Part shown: positions 49,401 to 61,429 of the stretch, piece by piece
Layout of the letters: each line of letters starts with the position of its first letter
Position numbering within the stretch: the stretch's first letter is position 1
Source of the DNA: Psammoneis japonica
Lineage: Eukaryota
NCBI GenBank assembly: GCA_008632985.1
Contig: QPGO01000288.1
Span: 1-64,000 of the forward strand
Direction: 5' to 3'
Length of the DNA: 64,000 nt
Made by a program: the position numbers and the translations under genes
The notes under the pieces: generated by a model
Told to the model about the DNA's origin: nothing
The model's database searches: none
The model's input: the letters and a program-made list of their open reading frames with translations, nothing else

Positions 49401-50806
49401 TCACGTAGAGATGCCTCTCTCTACCAAGATGGGCTCAGAGGCTTTTTCAGGCTTCCCACTGACTACATACTGCTCCGACGGTAGGGCAAGTATAATTTTA
49501 CTGCGTTGCAAAACAGCACAAATGAGCTTGAGCACTTTGTGTTGGTTTTCGAGAAAGGCCGTCCCTGTAGGTGGCAAGTTGTAATGAGTATCTATTGTAA
49601 TCTCCAAATGATCTTCACAGATATCGGTCAACAATGCTCGAAACGGTCTAGATTCATCCGATATTAATTCTGGACATGCTTTCTCAATCTCTTCCTTGAT
49701 ATCTGTACAGAATTTGGTAACCTTGTCCCAGTCAGAATGCTGGAATCGAAGCATCTTTTTGACACGGCATTTTTTCATCCGAGATAGGTTGCATATTCGG
49801 CGGTTAGCAAGTTGTTCATTCGGTATACGTGTAATGAGCTCATCATAGCCTTTTTTAATTGAAGTTTTGTGATACGTGATACCAGTATAGAGATCAAGCA
49901 GAGGGGAAAGTTAGTCCATGGAAGAGCTTTTACTGATTCCAAGACACATTTAGTGATTTTGCACTTCTTACCTCTAACATCCGTGTATAGCCATCCCAGT
50001 TTCTCAATCACGCCGCACGTATCAGTACCTAACTTGATGTTATCACCAACGTAAAAGTTTTCAGAAGTTGATACAGCTAATCCACTGACGAGTTGGCTGG
50101 CCAAGTCTTTCGAGGCCAATGAAAGCACCAAAGTACCCACACCACCGAATGCAAACAGAGATGCCAGACCTGGACCCAAATCAAAATCAAGAATATCCAA
50201 CACAGCAACAGCCAACGAGACGAGGATAAAAATATCAAGGATCCGGTCATAGACTCCAACTTTCCCAAGCTTGTTTAGTGGTCGACGGACCGCGAGGCAG
50301 AGAAGATACTGTTTAACCGTCATCAAACGAACAGCCGCCCAGGACATGTAGACTAACTGTGCGAATTTCAAACTAATTTCAAATTCTTTCAAGTCATGAT
50401 CCGGTGTGGCGACATCCCAAACAATGATGACTAAGTCAAAAGTGTAGACCAGACAGCCTAGTTGAGCAATCTGACCTGTCGTGTTGGCAACCATAAACGT
50501 CAATGAAGAGAAGAAGGGATCAACATCAGCGTCGAATTCACTCGAGTTACTTCTTGAAGACAGATTTGTAAGCTCGCCCGGTCCCTTGTTTCCACGAAAG
50601 TATAAGTCATAGATTAATCTGGATATAGGAAGAATTGCCCATCCCATAAAGATAAGTACAGCAATATCACCGAGCTGTATCGTTTCCAATAGTGCATTGA
50701 TGATATCTTCTTGGTAGGCGAGCAATGATAAATTTGAGAAACTCGCAAGGACTTGCCCTGCCAGCAGTGGCTTGGGCAGGTCTTCGTTCGTGTTCCCAAA
50801 ACTCAT
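49401..50806 (-). CDS. Small-conductance mechanosensitive channel (MscS family)
   Basis: FAFGGVGTLVLSLASKDLASQLVSGL..FYVGDNI..GVIEKLGWLYTDVRG, intron 49850-49971, then YDELITRIPNEQLANRRICNLSR. The true start may lie further upstream. Confidence 0.88.
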
Positions 50807-51398
50807 GTTATTTTTTAGTATCGTTCATCAATCGAAAGAATGCATGGGAGGAATCAATTCGACCAAGATGCAATGTATCGTTTCTCTTTTCTTGGTGAAC
50901 TTGGAATAGTAAGTTCCGTCCTGTTTGCTTGGTGTGTTGGTGTTGGGTGTTGAGTGTTGCTTGTTGCTTGTTGGTGGGAGTGTATGTTGAGTGGATCTTT
51001 TATGTACTGTCGAGAGCTCGAACTCACGTACTGTACGTATGTAGATTTTGGGGGGGCGTCTTTGGAAGTGAGATCGTCGAAGGCGGTCTGATCGCCAGTG
51101 CGTTTGGGGTTTTCCCAGTACAATTTGTACGCAAAAAAAACACGTAGGATCTGTCCAGAGGTCCCAAATACCCAATCGCACTGATTGACAGACTGTTTTA
51201 GTACAAAATCTACGTAACTTTCTTCGACAGTCTCACTTCCGAAGACGTCCCCCAATTTTGTACTGTGACATTCACGCAAAAAAGCGCGACAAAAGCAAGA
51301 GGATCTATCATGGTGCATTATCGGCAAAGATTTCATGATCGTGGCTGGTTGACGATAAGCCCATAACCCACATCAACAAATTACTTCGAGCCAAAGTA

Positions 51399-51504
51399 AG
51401 CTAAATGGTTAACGATATTCCATAATTAAAAATTCTACTTCGGCTCAAAGACAGCTAAATGGTTAACGAAATCCCCTAATTAAAGACAGCTAAATGGTTA
51501 ACGA
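51399..51504 (+). repeat. Three direct repeats of agctaaatggttaacga
   Basis: 17-mer at 51399, 51453 and 51488; the last two extend to aaagacagctaaatggttaacga. Confidence 0.9.
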
Positions 51505-51599
51505 TGTAGAGTTGTGGGCACAAGTAAAAATCGAATAGATAAAACAGGATGTCAAATACGAAATCATCATGTGTTTTCTGCACCAGTTAACTACAGCAT

Positions 51600-54500
51600 T
51601 TACATGTTCATTTGGAAATGTCAATTGGTTTTCTCTCTCTCTACATTCAATGCTCGCAACAATGCTGGTTTTCAGATCTCTGCATGGGCATCCAATCAAA
51701 ATGGACAATGCACACCTTTTGCAGCAAAGACAAATCAACCCATCTGGCATTGCAGCATCCTTTCAATCCACACTCAACAGAGGCGAGCACACGCCAAAGA
51801 CTTGCAGAGAGAACAAAAGGCTCTTGAGCACACAAAACAAGAACAGAGTTGATGCACCCCTCTTGTTTTGAAGCTTGGGCCCTCAAGTGGCACATGGTTT
51901 GGCTGGCTCTGCAGCTGGTTGGGAGGTTGATGGCTTTTTCATGACTCACAGCTTGAGGCTTCTTGTTGGCACACGAGCTCGCCCGTGCAATGTTGCCTTT
52001 CGAGCCTGCTGCTTGCTGGAGCTGAGATCATGTGGACAGCTCTCCACATGCCTGGGCTTTGTCATTCAAATGCTCAATCACAAAATCATCTTCTCTTGCA
52101 CTGTGGCTGCTTGGCTTTCATCAACAAAATCTGCAGCAGCCCAGGCCATCCTGAGCACTCGTGACAAAACAGCTCTCCTGCAAAACCCTTCTGCTTGTCC
52201 CTTCCCCCCCAGAGTGGTTCTTGGCAACAGCGCCACCCACAAACCAAGCTGCAGTCACGACTGTTTGCTGAGCTGCCAGCTGAGAAATTAAAACCAAGGT
52301 TGAGAGCCAAGCATGAGACCTCCTGTGAGATGTTCCCGCAACAAGCCTCTCCACAAAGCCGTGCTGCACATGGGGTCTGAAGCAAGAGGCACATGTTTTG
52401 ATGCACAAGCACATGTGCAATGTCACCTTTGGAGCACGCTGCTCACTGGAGCTTGAGCAGAGGACAGCTCTCTGTGTGCAAACCATGTCTGTCAGATGCT
52501 CAGTCACAAAACATCTTCTCTTGCTGTGGCTGCTTGGCTTCCATCAAAAGAAAGTTCCCACAACCCAGGCTGCCCCAGCCACCATTGACAGAATGGCTCC
52601 TGCAAAACTTTTCTGCATGTTTCCCTCCTCCCCTGCAGAGCTGCTCTTGGCAACAGTGTTGTCTGCATGCCAGGCTCCAATCAAGATGGTCTGCCAAGCT
52701 GCACCAGCTGAGATGCCCAACTTGAGTTTGCAGGCTCCCAGAACCACAAGACACACAGAGGGCAGCAATGCACATCTGGTGCTGGTGGCAATGCTGAGCT
52801 CTTCATTTGCAGCTTCCCAGGGGCACACCCACACCTTCAGAACACCAGCACAACCACAAGAGTTGCCCTCCTTGTGCAGTCACAACAGCACGTTGCACCA
52901 TCTGCAAAAGGAGTGCAGGCAGCCTGGCTCCTGGGCTGCATGCTGACCCCACATGCCACAGCTTTTCACAGCTGAGCAAGAGACGCCAGTGTTTCAAAAA
53001 CCCTGAGCCAAGGTTGGAGCTGGCAGGAGCTTGTGTCATTGGCACCCCCAATGCCACAGCTGCAAAATTGCACACAAGCCTCCTCAAGCTCGTGTTTGTC
53101 ATTTGTTGGCACAGCAGAACAACTTTGAGCTTGCTGTTGGCACAAAAAAGCTCTGAGTGAGGTTGGGCCCAAGAGTCATTGAGCATGCTGAGTGCACAAC
53201 CTGAGACATGCCAGCAACAAAACTCTCTGCACAGCAATGCAGCCAGAACCTCTCTCACTCTTCTCTCAAGAGCTTGCTCAGGACAACACACCAGGGTTTG
53301 GAAAGCAAGCAGCCAAGCTTGCATGTTTTTCTTCTCCCTGGCCCTCCCCAGATGCAGCCTTTGAGCCAATGGTCACCCTGAAGTTGCAATGTGCACCCAG
53401 CTTTTGCCCCTGTGGCAACCACCCCAGACCACAAAGAAGAAGCCAATGAATCTCTGGCCCTGCTTGCATGGTCAATTTTTGTGTGCATCGAATGGTTGAA
53501 TCCCCTCCTTTTTCCCTTTTCCATTGATCGGCCACGAATGTGAAAAAATTGCCGCATTGTGAGAGTGATTCAGCCGTGCCAATCAGATCAGAAGCTTCGC
53601 AGTGAGCGCCAACCTCTCACGCTCACGTTGGCAACAAATCATTGCATTGCGTGGTGCAACCTCGCTGCCGGTGCAGCACACCCTGTGAGATGACTGGCAC
53701 AAACGAACATCTTTCCGAGAAACACAACAAACACCACCATGCAGTTTTGACCTTTGATTTCACAATCATCCAACAAAGAACAATGGCACCAGGCAGGCAC
53801 CAAGAAAAGTTCAAAGCACAAGAAACAAAGTGGGAAGAAGTGGGCTGTGCTTTGAAAACCCAGGAGCAGCAGCCAGACGACAGCAGAGAGAGAGGAAGAG
53901 CAGAAAAATTGCTGAAAGATTTTGGCTCTCAGCAGTGGCACCACAAGCACTCAAGTCCCTCCCAGCACAGAGAAAATGATCTGCAAGAATTTGTGGGTGC
54001 AGAAGCACGGCAGCAGAGCCCACAGAAAGGAGGGGTGGGAAGCCCCCAGCATTTGTTGACCCCCCCTTTTGTTCCTGAAGGTGACAAGAGAGAGTCTGGG
54101 TTGTGAAGATGCAAGTCAGCCCAAAGACACAAGTGGTCCCAGCAGCTTCATGCAAAATGATCTCTCAGGGTCATTTGCACTTGGCTCTGGCAAGCCAAAA
54201 AAGGAGGCCTCCTCGTTGGCAGTGCTCCAAGTGCAAAGTTGCTCATTGAGCAGCTGGTGCAAGAAAGTGAGTTGAGCACTCTTGCTGCAGATGCCCAGAT
54301 GTCAACAGCATGTTCTTGCCTTTCTTGACACTGCTCCACATCCTCGTGATGGGGGACCTGACAATGCCATGGCCAGCATCACCCAGCATGCTGTTGTTGC
54401 TGCAGATCTTGGTGCCACGGCATGTGGTCACCTGCGGGAAAAGAGGGAGGCACACACATGTGCAGCCAGGGGCATCTTTTGAGCAAATCCAGCCATGCTG

Positions 54501-55330
54501 TTGCCAGTCAGACCTTTTGGCAAAGACCATCAATGTTGCTAAAACAGAAGGTCAGTGTGCAAAGCAGCCTCACAACTGCTTTAGAGACCTTGTCCTCCCA
54601 TTGATGTGCCTCACCACCAGCATTTTTTTGATGCTGTGGGGTCTCAGCAGCTCAGGTGATGCCCATTTTCTCTTGCAGATTGTGAGAAGCACATGGCGCA
54701 CAACAGTTTTGCACACTGGGCTTTGGCCCAGAGCAGCAAGGGTGATCTGTGATCTGGGCACATGGGTGCAGCAGGCCACAAAGACAGACAGCTCCAAGCA
54801 TGCCAGAAAAGTGCGCACTTCATGCTCCACTCCTTTTTGTCAACCAAAATGTTGACATGGCTGGAGCACTCTGTCAATGAGATGAGACTCCACCCCAACA
54901 TTGTGCTTGGAACACAATGCAGTGGACAACCAGGGGCATGTTGTTGATGATTTTGAGGTGACACTTTTTTGGGTCAAAGTTTGATCAAAAAGTGGATGAC
55001 ACAGGCTGTGTGCCATGGCCCACAATGACTCACTGACACAGTGTGGACTCTCACAAGAGGTTGGCCATGATTTCATGTGAGGAGAATGGTTCTGCCCCTG
55101 TGAATTGCCCACTGGTTTCTTAGAGTTCCAGGTTGCCATTGGCAGCCAAAGATGAGCAAAGACAGATGGAAGGTCTGGCTGCTGCTCTCAGAGAGTGTCT
55201 GCCAGATTTCAGCTCACCAGCAGAGAGCTGGAGCAACAGAGGGTGTTCATTTCATTCAATTGTGAGAGGGAGCGAGTCAGGACTGCAGTGCAAAATGTTC
55301 AAAGAAGTGCAGAAGCTCTCTCGTGGAGGC
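51600..55330. mobile_element. Degenerate TE relic block, including a possible DIRS/Ngaro-type RNase H remnant (+ strand, ~54100-54600)
   Basis: Same composition signature. Residual order CEDAS..G / GSFALGSGK / HILVMGD..N-AMA / INVA..HNCFRD resembles YR-retrotransposon RNase H (DAS..G, LxxxDNxxA, NxxADxLSR). Confidence 0.5.
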
Positions 55331-55819
55331 TGCTCACTCCCGGCTTGGGAGGTTGTACCGGTGGGCTGCGAGAGCTCTACCTGTTATAGTGTGGCAGCAC
55401 ACACGAGGGGCCGAGTGACGACGCTGAGCGAGTTTGAGGCGGCGGAGTGACGAACTCGCGACCAACGATGGTCATGGAATCCTTTTTGGTGAGAGCGTCG
55501 GCAGTAAACGCAAGCAGCTCTGCAGTAGTACGGTAGGAAAATCTTCGAAGTCGACAGTTCTAGCCCTAGCCTATCAGGTGGGTTCTAGTGTACCCTCAAG
55601 CTGTTGTCACAGTTCCATTCCATATCTTTTCAAGCTTGTACTAATAGTTTCGTTGGTCTCAGATTACTCGTTGATATTTCTCAAGCCCACTGACCATACA
55701 AAGTCGTACTCGCTGTCCCTGGGAGTGCTCCATACGTCGTCCTAGCCACTATAATGATGCCTTGTCGGCTTCTGTTGTGTGCAGTGCTCCAGTTAAGTTT
55801 ATTCTAGTTGTTGTCAATG

Positions 55820-56896
55820 TCAAGGTTTGAGCTTGTTCTTGAACCGTTCCTTCAAGTTGGCAACGTGCAGCACAAACTTGGCCTTTCGTTGTTGCGGTGA
55901 AAAGTATCCATGTACTGCAGCATTGCAACGTTGCAATTGAGCATCGACCGTTTCCCACGCAAGACGCAAGTGCTCGGGCTGGTAGACATTACGCTCAAGC
56001 AAGCTGTCCAGAGAAGAATTCAACTGCGAATCCATGGCATCGAGACAAAAGCGCGTGACACCCGCCGTGGCAAGAATCATTCCCGCTTCCGCCACGGACC
56101 AAGCGGCCGTATTGGGGATGGCGGCTCCGTCTGCGTTTAAAATCATATATGGAGCAGCAGCACGACGATCGCTCACGTCTGTCAGACAGAAGAGGTCTTG
56201 TTTGTCGAGATTGCTGTTGCTCACCAAGAAATCCGCAAAGGGCGCCACACGCTCAACCAAGTCTTGTTCCAACATGTCGAGTAAGGACGACTTTGATGAG
56301 GATGATGGCGAGAGGCTGGAACAAAAATCCAAACTCAGAAACTCGCCCAACGAATGGCACTTTTGTGCGTAATAGTCGAAATCGGCATGGATCGATCTCA
56401 AAATCAAGTCCCGAATGTCGTCATTCATACAAATGATCAAGTCATATTCGTCCAAGCACGATAAATCAAACGCTGTCCCAATTTCTTCACTGACATGGGG
56501 ACACAGTCCAAGCTCTTCGCACACGTCAAGGGCTTGTTGCGGTGCAGCTGCATCGCGGGGTGCGCGGTAGGCTTGTGTGATTGTGGCGCAAGCCGGAAAC
56601 AGAACGCACATGGCGTCATTGTATTCGGCAATTCTATCCAACAAACCCCGAGCAATTCGTCCCTTGCTATTGTCGTCGTCCACAAATAAAATTTGAAAAT
56701 GAAACCGCGAACAATCCAGAGCATTGGAAGTTTCTAATGCACGTGCTTTCCAGTATTCCGACAAGGAAAAGCCATTGTTATTGTCGGTGGACGACGAAGA
56801 AAAGGCGTCGCATACAAAAGATGACGATCTCACGAAGAACACCGCTGCGAAAAGAAGAAAGCAGCGGCTGCTCAACCGAGCGGTTTGTTTCGTCAT
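55820..56896 (-). CDS. LMW protein-tyrosine-phosphatase-like protein lacking the catalytic Cys, probably plastid-targeted
   Basis: Hydrophobic N-terminus followed by VCDA-FSS. ILFVDDDNSKGRIARGLL occupies the ILFVCxGNxCRS position; LDEYDLIICM matches the LMWPc DLIxxM motif. Confidence 0.6.
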   Translation of the reverse strand: MTKQTARLSSRCFLLFAAVFFVRSSSFVCDAFSSSSTDNNNGFSLSEYWKARALETSNALDCSRFHFQILFVDDDNSKGRIARGLLDRIAEYNDAMCVLFPACATITQAYRAPRDAAAPQQALDVCEELGLCPHVSEEIGTAFDLSCLDEYDLIICMNDDIRDLILRSIHADFDYYAQKCHSLGEFLSLDFCSSLSPSSSSKSSLLDMLEQDLVERVAPFADFLVSNSNLDKQDLFCLTDVSDRRAAAPYMILNADGAAIPNTAAWSVAEAGMILATAGVTRFCLDAMDSQLNSSLDSLLERNVYQPEHLRLAWETVDAQLQRCNAAVHGYFSPQQRKAKFVLHVANLKERFKNKLKP

Positions 56897-57295
56897 GGCG
56901 ACGATGCGAGATAGAACCGAAAATCTTTGAGAAAAGAATTGAGAATTCTGGCCGCAACAGATGCTTGAAAGATAGAGTACTAACATTTTACCATATTCAT
57001 TCCATAATTTGCTAATAATCAACTTTCACTTTTTTTCTATTCAATTAGTGCTCGTGACTGAAAGATCGGATCGTGGGAAAATCCAGTCGTACGTTTTATA
57101 TTTTACTTCAGAGATGTGTGTATTTTTATGTTCGCTCGCGAACACTGGGAGATCTGCAACTACAGCAACAACAACATGAGAAGACGATGAGATCGTTGCT
57201 TTTCGAGTTTGAGAAGCAATAACAAATTGCCAACGAAGTTTATACTGCAGATCTATAAAGTAGAAGGCGCTCCATAGGAAGAAACTGTTTAAAAA

Positions 57296-60019
57296 ATGTT
57301 TAAGTTGAAGCGATACGACGTTCTGATTCTTTCAGCATATCTCATGGCGATTCTTAATTTTGTCGGTACTGTTGCGAGCCAAAGCATCGCAACACCAAGA
57401 AGGACGCTTCAGGAACAGAATAATACAGGTCAATGCAACATTTGCCTGCCTGGATTTTGATTCTAAACAATACTCGTCCCAGAACAACAGAAGCGGCTGC
57501 CCGCGTATCCTTTGATAACGCAACAGCAGGCAAAGCCATGGTGCAGAACAACAACCTTACTTGTGCGGATTGGGCAACTTATGCGGAACGAAACGAAGGG
57601 TTTGACTGTCTTGCGCTACGTGACTGGCTTTTCCGACAATGTTGTGATAATGTGCCTCCTTTGTTTGAATGTGAAGCTACAATGAGAGAGGCTCTGCTCA
57701 CGGGCAGCAATGCGAGTTATGACAAGTACGTTCCACCCATTTCCAAAGGGATTGCGGTGAATGCTAGCTTGGTAGTGGAGCTCTTTGATGAAATGCATAT
57801 CGTCGATCATGGCATTGATGGTGGTGCCATTGAAATAGTAGGATCTCTCCACTTACAATGGACGGATGAACGGCTGAGGTGGAGTTCTTCCTCTATTGCA
57901 CCGTGCACAGGGTTTGAGGTCCGACGCACCGACATTTGGACGCCGCATCTCGTCCCTCATGATCAGGGAACAAGAGAGCCACTCGTCGACACAACGGCAA
58001 TAATTTTACCCAATGGAAACGTTTACTGGAGTCGACATGGTGCAATGCTGTTTCGCTGTAGCACCCAAAACAACGATGATGCAAAACTGTGTTCGATTCA
58101 ACTCGTTGACTCAGATCAAGGCGGCCACGTACACTTTATTCTGCGAGACATTGTGATTAATAACCCTCTTGGTATTCCAGAATATCGACTTAACGAGAAC
58201 AGTTCTATTTTGGATGCAGAGACAATTCAAAGTCAAGGCGTGACCATCCAGGAGGTGGACCTCGAACTTGACTTTTTGCCCTTGTCGGACGACTGCAACA
58301 TTTGCGGTGCTACAGAAGCCAAACTCTTCAACGGCACAATTCGAGAGTACCCAAAGGATTGGCTAGAACTCTATCCGGATACTGATGGATGGTCATGTAG
58401 CCAGCTTGACGCCCTCTTGATAAAAGAGGACGTCTCGACCTACGCATGTGAGATTGGCCGTGCGTTCTTTGAAGAGGCTGTTGTGATGACACGCGGGCAA
58501 ATTACGAGTGTGAAAGCCAGATCCATGATGCTCTTGTCGATAAGTACAATACCATAACTCCGGTCGATCCATCACCAAAGGAAGAAGATCCTTTCTTCAG
58601 CAGCAAAGATGCTGTCGACGTCAAGATTTCTTTGGATATCTCGCACGCATTGGAGATTGAAGTAAAGACAAACTCGATGCAGATTTTAATGTCGCTAGAG
58701 TTGGAATGGTATGATCCACGTCTTGTGTGGGAACCCTTTATTGGGGGTTGCCATCGATCTTCTTTCAGGGCATCGGTTGACGCGGAACAGACAGAACTGT
58801 GGGTTCCAAACATGGAGCTCGTAAATATGGTAAGGGGCGTTCAAAGCTTGCCCGAAGCACATGCGTCAGTGCGCTATGATGGATATGTGAAATGGAGGCG
58901 CACAGGAGTACTAGCAGCTATTTGTGATCTCTCTGGTATCGAAGACTTTCCCTTTGATAAGACAGGTAAGCGCCGTATCACGTCCACTTCAGGCTTTTGC
59001 CGTTTTCCTCACTCTTCGTTTTGCCTTTTTGTAGAATGTCACATGGAGTTTGGTGGCACGATGGATCCTCTCTATCATCGGGTCAATTATGTTCCTGCCA
59101 ATAAATCCGTTGAGTACAGCGCACGGGTAAGCGACAGCTCTTGGAATTACCAAGAATACAAGCTCGACATTCGCAAAACAAGAGTGTCGTTCAGAACTGA
59201 ACAACTGTCTGGGTTTGAGAACAAGCTAGTTCGTTTTGATTTTACGTTTGCGAGGGCGAAACGATACTACGTGTACCTGTTTGTTGCTCTCTACATTATT
59301 TTTACATATCTTGCATTTGGAATGTTCTTCGTCGACTTTCATCTGGGAGAACGACTGGGCTACGGTGAGTTACTTCACAGTGGCATCTTGTTACATGGCC
59401 TCTATGATATTTCCATTTCATCTCACAAAATCCTTTTTTCATACAGGTTCGTCTATTCTCTTTGTGATTGTTGCTCAAGACATTACATTGGCAGACTCGA
59501 CTCCTGTCACGCAGGAGTTTCTTTGGATTTATCGCCTTTCATTTGGATCTAAAATGTTTGTGGTGTTTGGAATTGTCGAGTCAATTATTGTGTTGTATTT
59601 TTATGCTCACAATGACTACGAGGGTGAGAGGGAAGAGCACGGAGACATTGAAGAGACCCGTAATCTGATTGACGACAGCAACAACAATAACAACAGCATC
59701 AACGCCCTGGAAAGTGGTACTCAGAGGGAAGATCGCGAATATACCGTTGGGTTTGACACAGAAGTGAACGTTGATAATGAGCAATTGGAGGAGTCGACCG
59801 CTCACCCCACTAGGGGAGCGAAAACGCAGTGGACGAAAAAAGCGACTGACGAGCTTGACATGGTGGAGCCATAGGCTTCTTCCTCAGGGACTTAATGAGG
59901 CTGATTCGAAGAAGAAAAGAAGGCTGAAAAAGTTGAGGACAGTGGACTACGCAGCAGCCATCCTGTTCTTTGTCGCTTATTCCATATTTCTCATTGTCAT
60001 GTTCATACTGGCTCATTAA
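57296..60019 (+). CDS. Pentameric ligand-gated (Cys-loop) ion channel subunit with two tandem extracellular domains
   Basis: Signal peptide from 57296. ECD1 has LQWTDERLRW, IWTPHL, PNGNVYW. ECD2 has LEWYDPRLVW, LWVPNMELVN, YDGYVKW and CDLSGIEDFPFDKTEC across intron 58966-59034. M1, GERLGYG-M2 (intron 59365-59446), M3 and M4 follow. Single-base frameshifts at about 57460-57530, 58478, 58560 and 59820. Confidence 0.85.
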
Positions 60020-60183
60020 TAAACAAGAACATGCCCTGGTGAAGCGAGTTGGCCGCATGGCGGCTTTATCATAGTGCTAGTTAAAACATACGGTACCAGG
60101 TATAGTAAGTTGGCGCCCATCCTCACGAGCAACTGCGTATCATAGCAATGCGTCTGCCCCCCTCTCTCGGCGGCTCTAGCTAG

Positions 60184-60957
60184 CTAGAGTTCCCCACATT
60201 GCACAATCCGAATAGGTATTCGTGGTCGATTATTTTGCCCCGATACAGGCACTGCTTCACATTTCCGTACGGTCAACATGCTCGGTCCGTCTAATACCCT
60301 TCCAAACACAACATGCTTCCCATCAAGCCAACTGGTTTTCGCGGTGGTAATAAAAAACTGACACCCTGTTTAAGCACACGTTAAATTGCCCGAAGAGACT
60401 GAGAAAACGAACCGATACAACGAAATGAAAACGAAAGAAACCCACCATTCGTATTTGGTCCGCTGTTTGCCATGGAAAGGGTCCCGGGTTGATCATGCTT
60501 GTGAAAAAAATTCTCATCTTCAAACGATGAACCACCATTATATATACTTGTCTTTCCTGTACCATCGTGGTTGATTAAGTCGCCGCCTTGTAGCATAAAG
60601 TCTTTGATTACACGGTGAAAGGTGGAATTCAAATAACCGGTAGGCTGAGAGTTCTGGAGGTATTCACCGGTGCAGAATTGACGGAAATTTTCGCAAGTCT
60701 TGGGGCACTGTATGAAAATGAGTCAATAAGGCAGATCAAAATAAGACGTTGCACAATACAGGAGTGCTAGTGCCACACCATTCGGTACTTACATCCTTGA
60801 CAAAGAGCTCTAGTTTGATGCGACCCAACTCTGCCGTAGAATCTTTCCCCTCCCCAAGAACCACATCAAAAAATACGACGGCATTTCCACGCTCAATCGC
60901 TTCCATCACGGCGGGATCCGGTCCATGAGTTGTGGTGGTTGTCGTCTCCGTTGCCAT
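60184..60957 (-). CDS. PPIH: Cyclophilin peptidyl-prolyl isomerase (cyclophilin H-like)
   Basis: Exons 60957-60793, 60707-60446 and 60365-60184: [67 protein letters not shown]. Confidence 0.9.
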
Positions 60958-61429
60958 GGTCAAGAATACCAACGTACCGGTAACCGGTAGACTATCTGAA
61001 TCTGGCAGACTAAAAGCCTAGATGCACGCAATGTCCGTTTGCCGACCTGGACCACGCGACGCGCACGAAACGCACACTGAACACGCAGCGCACATGCGAT
61101 CACATGATGAGCATGAACAAGCACTGCTGTACCAAGCACATTCCACTTCTGACGCAACTGTACCGCAGCATCTTACCTAAGTATGAAGTCCCTGTCAATG
61201 TCTCTTTGGAAGCTGGCTCAGTCATCTCTTCTGCAGTTTGTTCTTCGCAATCTGCTTCTGTGCAAACAAAAACGAGGCCTTTTCGCTTCTGGTTCAGTCC
61301 ACAAGCAGAGGTTTCCACTCACCACCCATTGGCAGATCGTGTTATGAGGATTTGTTGTTCAAACGTAAACAATGTTGAACGTGTTCGTGGGCTGTCACAG
61401 CACAACTAGAACTGAGACCTGCTGCAGCT

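Noticed and set aside
51399..51504. CRISPR-like repeat-spacer pattern
   Set aside because: Only three 17-bp repeats, unequal and partly similar spacers, eukaryotic context and no cas genes.
41500..55330. Dozens of overlapping 60-300 aa ORFs rich in Cys/His/Gln in the relic blocks (also at 19-26 kb)
   Set aside because: Explained by loss of TAA/TAG stops and excess TG/CA; no Tyr, no coherent domains, present in all six frames. The MscS gene within this span is excluded from this rejection.
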